In this document: positions 61,301 through 64,000 of the stretch, piece by piece
Layout of the letters: the number at the start of each line of letters is the position of its first letter
How positions within the stretch are numbered: position 1 is the first letter of the stretch
Origin: Balanoglossus misakiensis
Taxonomy: Eukaryota; Animalia; Hemichordata
Assembly (NCBI GenBank): GCA_040954595.2
Contig: CM082591.2
Location: 919,882 to 983,881 of the forward strand
Direction: 5' to 3'
Length of the DNA: 64,000 nt
Position numbers and translations under genes: made by a program
The notes under the pieces: model-generated
Database searches by the model: none
Told to the model about the DNA's origin: nothing
Seen by the model: the letters and a program-made list of their open reading frames with translations, nothing else

Positions 61301-64000
61301 TCAGGAAAATGTTGAAAAATCGACGATTTTTCGACTTTGCGAATTTTCGAAATTTGGTCATTTTTTGAAAAAACCATGGGTTATAGCTCAGGAAAATGTT
61401 GAAAAATCGACGATTTTTCGACTTTGCGAATTTTCGAAATTTGGTCATTTTTTGAAAAAACCATGGGTTATAGCTCAGGAAAATGTTGAAAAATCGACGA
61501 TTTTTCGACTTTGCGAATTTTCGAAATTTGGTCATTTTTTGAAAAAACCATGGGTTATAGCTCAGGAAAATGTTGAAAAATCGACGATTTTTCGACTTTG
61601 CGAATTTTCGAAATTTGGTCATTTTTTGAAAAAACCATGGGTTATAGCTCAGGAAAATGTTGAAAAATCGACGATTTTTCGACTTTGCGAATTTTCGAAA
61701 TTTGGTCATTTTTTGAAAAAACCATGGGTTATAGCTCAGGAAAATGTTGAAAAATCGACGATTTTTCGACTTTGCGAATTTTCGAAATTTGGTCATTTTT
61801 TGAAAAAACCATGGGTTATAGCTCAGGAAAATGTTGAAAAATCGACGATTTTTCGACTTTGCGAATTTTCGAAATTTGGTCATTTTTTGAAAAAACCATG
61901 GGTTATAGCTCAGGAAAATGTTGAAAAATCGTCGATTTTTCGACTTTGCGAATTTTCGAAATTTGGTCATTTTTTGAAAAAACCATGGGTTATAGCTCAG
62001 GAAAATGTTGAAAAATCGATGATTTTTCGACTTTGCGAATTTTCGAAATTTGGTCATTTTTTGAAAAAACCATGGGTTATAGCTCAGGAAAATGTTGAAA
62101 AATCGACGATTTTTCGACTTTGCGAATTTTCGAAATTTGGTCATTTTTTGAAAAAACCATGGGTTATAGCTCAGGAAAATGTTGAAAAATCGACGATTTT
62201 TCGACTTTGCGAATTTTCGAAATTTGGTCATTTTTTGAAAAAACCATGGGTTATAGCTCAGGAAAATGTTGAAAAATCGACGATTTTTCGACTTTGCGAA
62301 TTTTCGAAATTTGGTCAATTTTTGAAAAAACCATGGGTTATAGCTCAGGAAAATGTTGAAAAATCGACGATTTTTCGACTTTGCGAATTTTCGAAATTTG
62401 GTCATTTTTTGAAAAAACCATGGGTTATAGCTCAGGAAAATGTTGAAAAATCGACGATTTTTCGACTTTGCGAATTTTCGAAATTTGGTCATTTTTTGAA
62501 AAAACCATGGGTTATAGCTCAGGAAAATGTTGAAAAATCGACGATTTTTCGACTTTGCGAATTTTCGAAATTTGGTCATTTTTTTGAAAAAACCATGGGT
62601 TATAGCTCAGGAAAATGTTGAAAAATCGACGATTTTTCGACTTTGCGAATTTTCGAAATTTGGTCATTTTTTGAAAAAACCATGGGTTATAGCTCAGGAA
62701 AATGTTGAAAAATCGACGATTTTTCGACTTTGCGAATTTTCGAAATTTGGTCATTTTTTGAAAAAACCATGGGTTATAGCTCAGGAAAATGTTGAAAAAT
62801 CGACGATTTTTCGACTTTGCGAATTTTCGAAATTTGGTCATTTTTTGAAAAAACCATGGGTTATAGCTCAGGAAAATGTTGAAAAATCGACGATTTTTCG
62901 ACTTTGCGAATTTTCGAAATTTGGTCATTTTTTGAAAAAACCATGGGTTATAGCTCAGGAAAATGTTGAAAAATCGACGATTTTTCGACTTTGCGAATTT
63001 TCGAAATTTGGTCATTTTTTGAAAAAACCATGGGTTATAGCTCAGGAAAATGTTGAAAAATCGACGATTTTTCGACTTTGCGAATTTTCGAAATTTGGTC
63101 ATTTTTTGAAAAAACCATGGGTTATAGCTCAGGAAAATGTTGAAAAATCGACGATTTTTCGACTTTGCGAATTTTCGAAATTTGGTCATTTTTTGAAAAA
63201 ACCATGGGTTATAGCTCAGGAAAATGTTGAAAAATCGACGATTTTTCGACTTTGCGAATTTTCGAAATTTGGTCATTTTTTGAAAAAACCATGGGTTATA
63301 GCTCAGGAAAATGTTGAAAAATCGACGATTTTTCGACTTTGCGAATTTTCGAAATTTGGTCATTTTTTGAAAAAACCATGGGTTATAGCTCAGGAAAATG
63401 TTGAAAAATCGACGATTTTTCGACTTTGCGAATTTTCGAAATTTGGTCATTTTTTGAAAAAACCATGGGTTATAGCTCAGGAAAATGTTGAAAAATCGAC
63501 GATTTTTCGACTTTGCGAATTTTCGAAATTTGGTCATTTTTTGAAAAAACCATGGGTTATAGCTCAGGAAAATGTTGAAAAATCGACGATTTTTCGACTT
63601 TGCGAATTTTCGAAATTTGGTCATTTTTTGAAAAAACCATGGGTTATAGCTCAGGAAAATGTTGAAAAATCGACGATTTTTCGACTTTGCGAATTTTCGA
63701 AATTTGGTCATTTTTTGAAAAAACCATGGGTTATAGCTCAGGAAAATGTTGAAAAATCGACGATTTTTCGACTTTGCGAATTTTCGAAATTTGGTCATTT
63801 TTTGAAAAAACCATGGGTTATAGCTCAGGAAAATGTTGAAAAATCGACGATTTTTCGACTTTGCGAATTTTCGAAATTTGGTCATTTTTTGAAAAAACCA
63901 TGGGTTATAGCTCAGGAAAATGTTGAAAAATCGACGATTTTTCGACTTTGCGAATTTTCGAAATTTGGTCATTTTTTGAAAAAACCATGGGTTATAGCTC
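55305..64000 (-). repeat. 87-bp satellite DNA array, inverted right arm (~100 monomers; continues past the window)
   Basis: Reverse complement of the same monomer. Mostly type A to ~56.9 kb, then nearly homogeneous type B (CCATGGGTTATAGCTCAGGAAAATGTTGAAAAATCGACG...). Confidence 0.97.

Noticed and set aside
30870-63972. Very long ORFs (up to 2601 aa) with 29-aa periodicity
   Set aside because: The 87-bp monomer is divisible by 3 and stop-free in some frames. Overlapping frames are open at once, variants show no codon-position bias, and indels shift frames freely.
30960-64000. CRISPR-like array
   Set aside because: No unique spacers and no cas genes; contiguous head-to-tail satellite in a eukaryotic context.

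Overview
Eukaryotic, spliced-gene DNA from an animal; gene content suggests an invertebrate deuterostome (inference). The first ~30 kb is gene-dense: a partial type II membrane protein gene, a PNT+ETS transcription factor with SPI/PU.1-like ETS residues, a tandem PNT(SAM)-only gene, a TMEM53-like gene, SAXO3, a His/Cys/Pro-rich orphan, and a cluster of three 4-exon deiodinase-like selenoprotein genes. Each of the three has an in-frame TGA in an SSLS-U-PP(F/L)R motif and its own type II SECIS in the 3' UTR. They lack the N-terminal transmembrane anchor of DIO1-3, and two end in a CaaX box (CSIL), suggesting prenylated selenoenzymes. From ~30.7 kb to the end is an 87-bp satellite array with two monomer families, nested block duplications and a strand inversion near 55.28 kb. 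The inversion is mirror-symmetric and lies beside an indel-rich tract containing a Nextera/Tn5 adapter fragment, so it may be an assembly artefact. All long ORFs in the satellite are translation artefacts. Exon coordinates and RNA pairings were read by eye.
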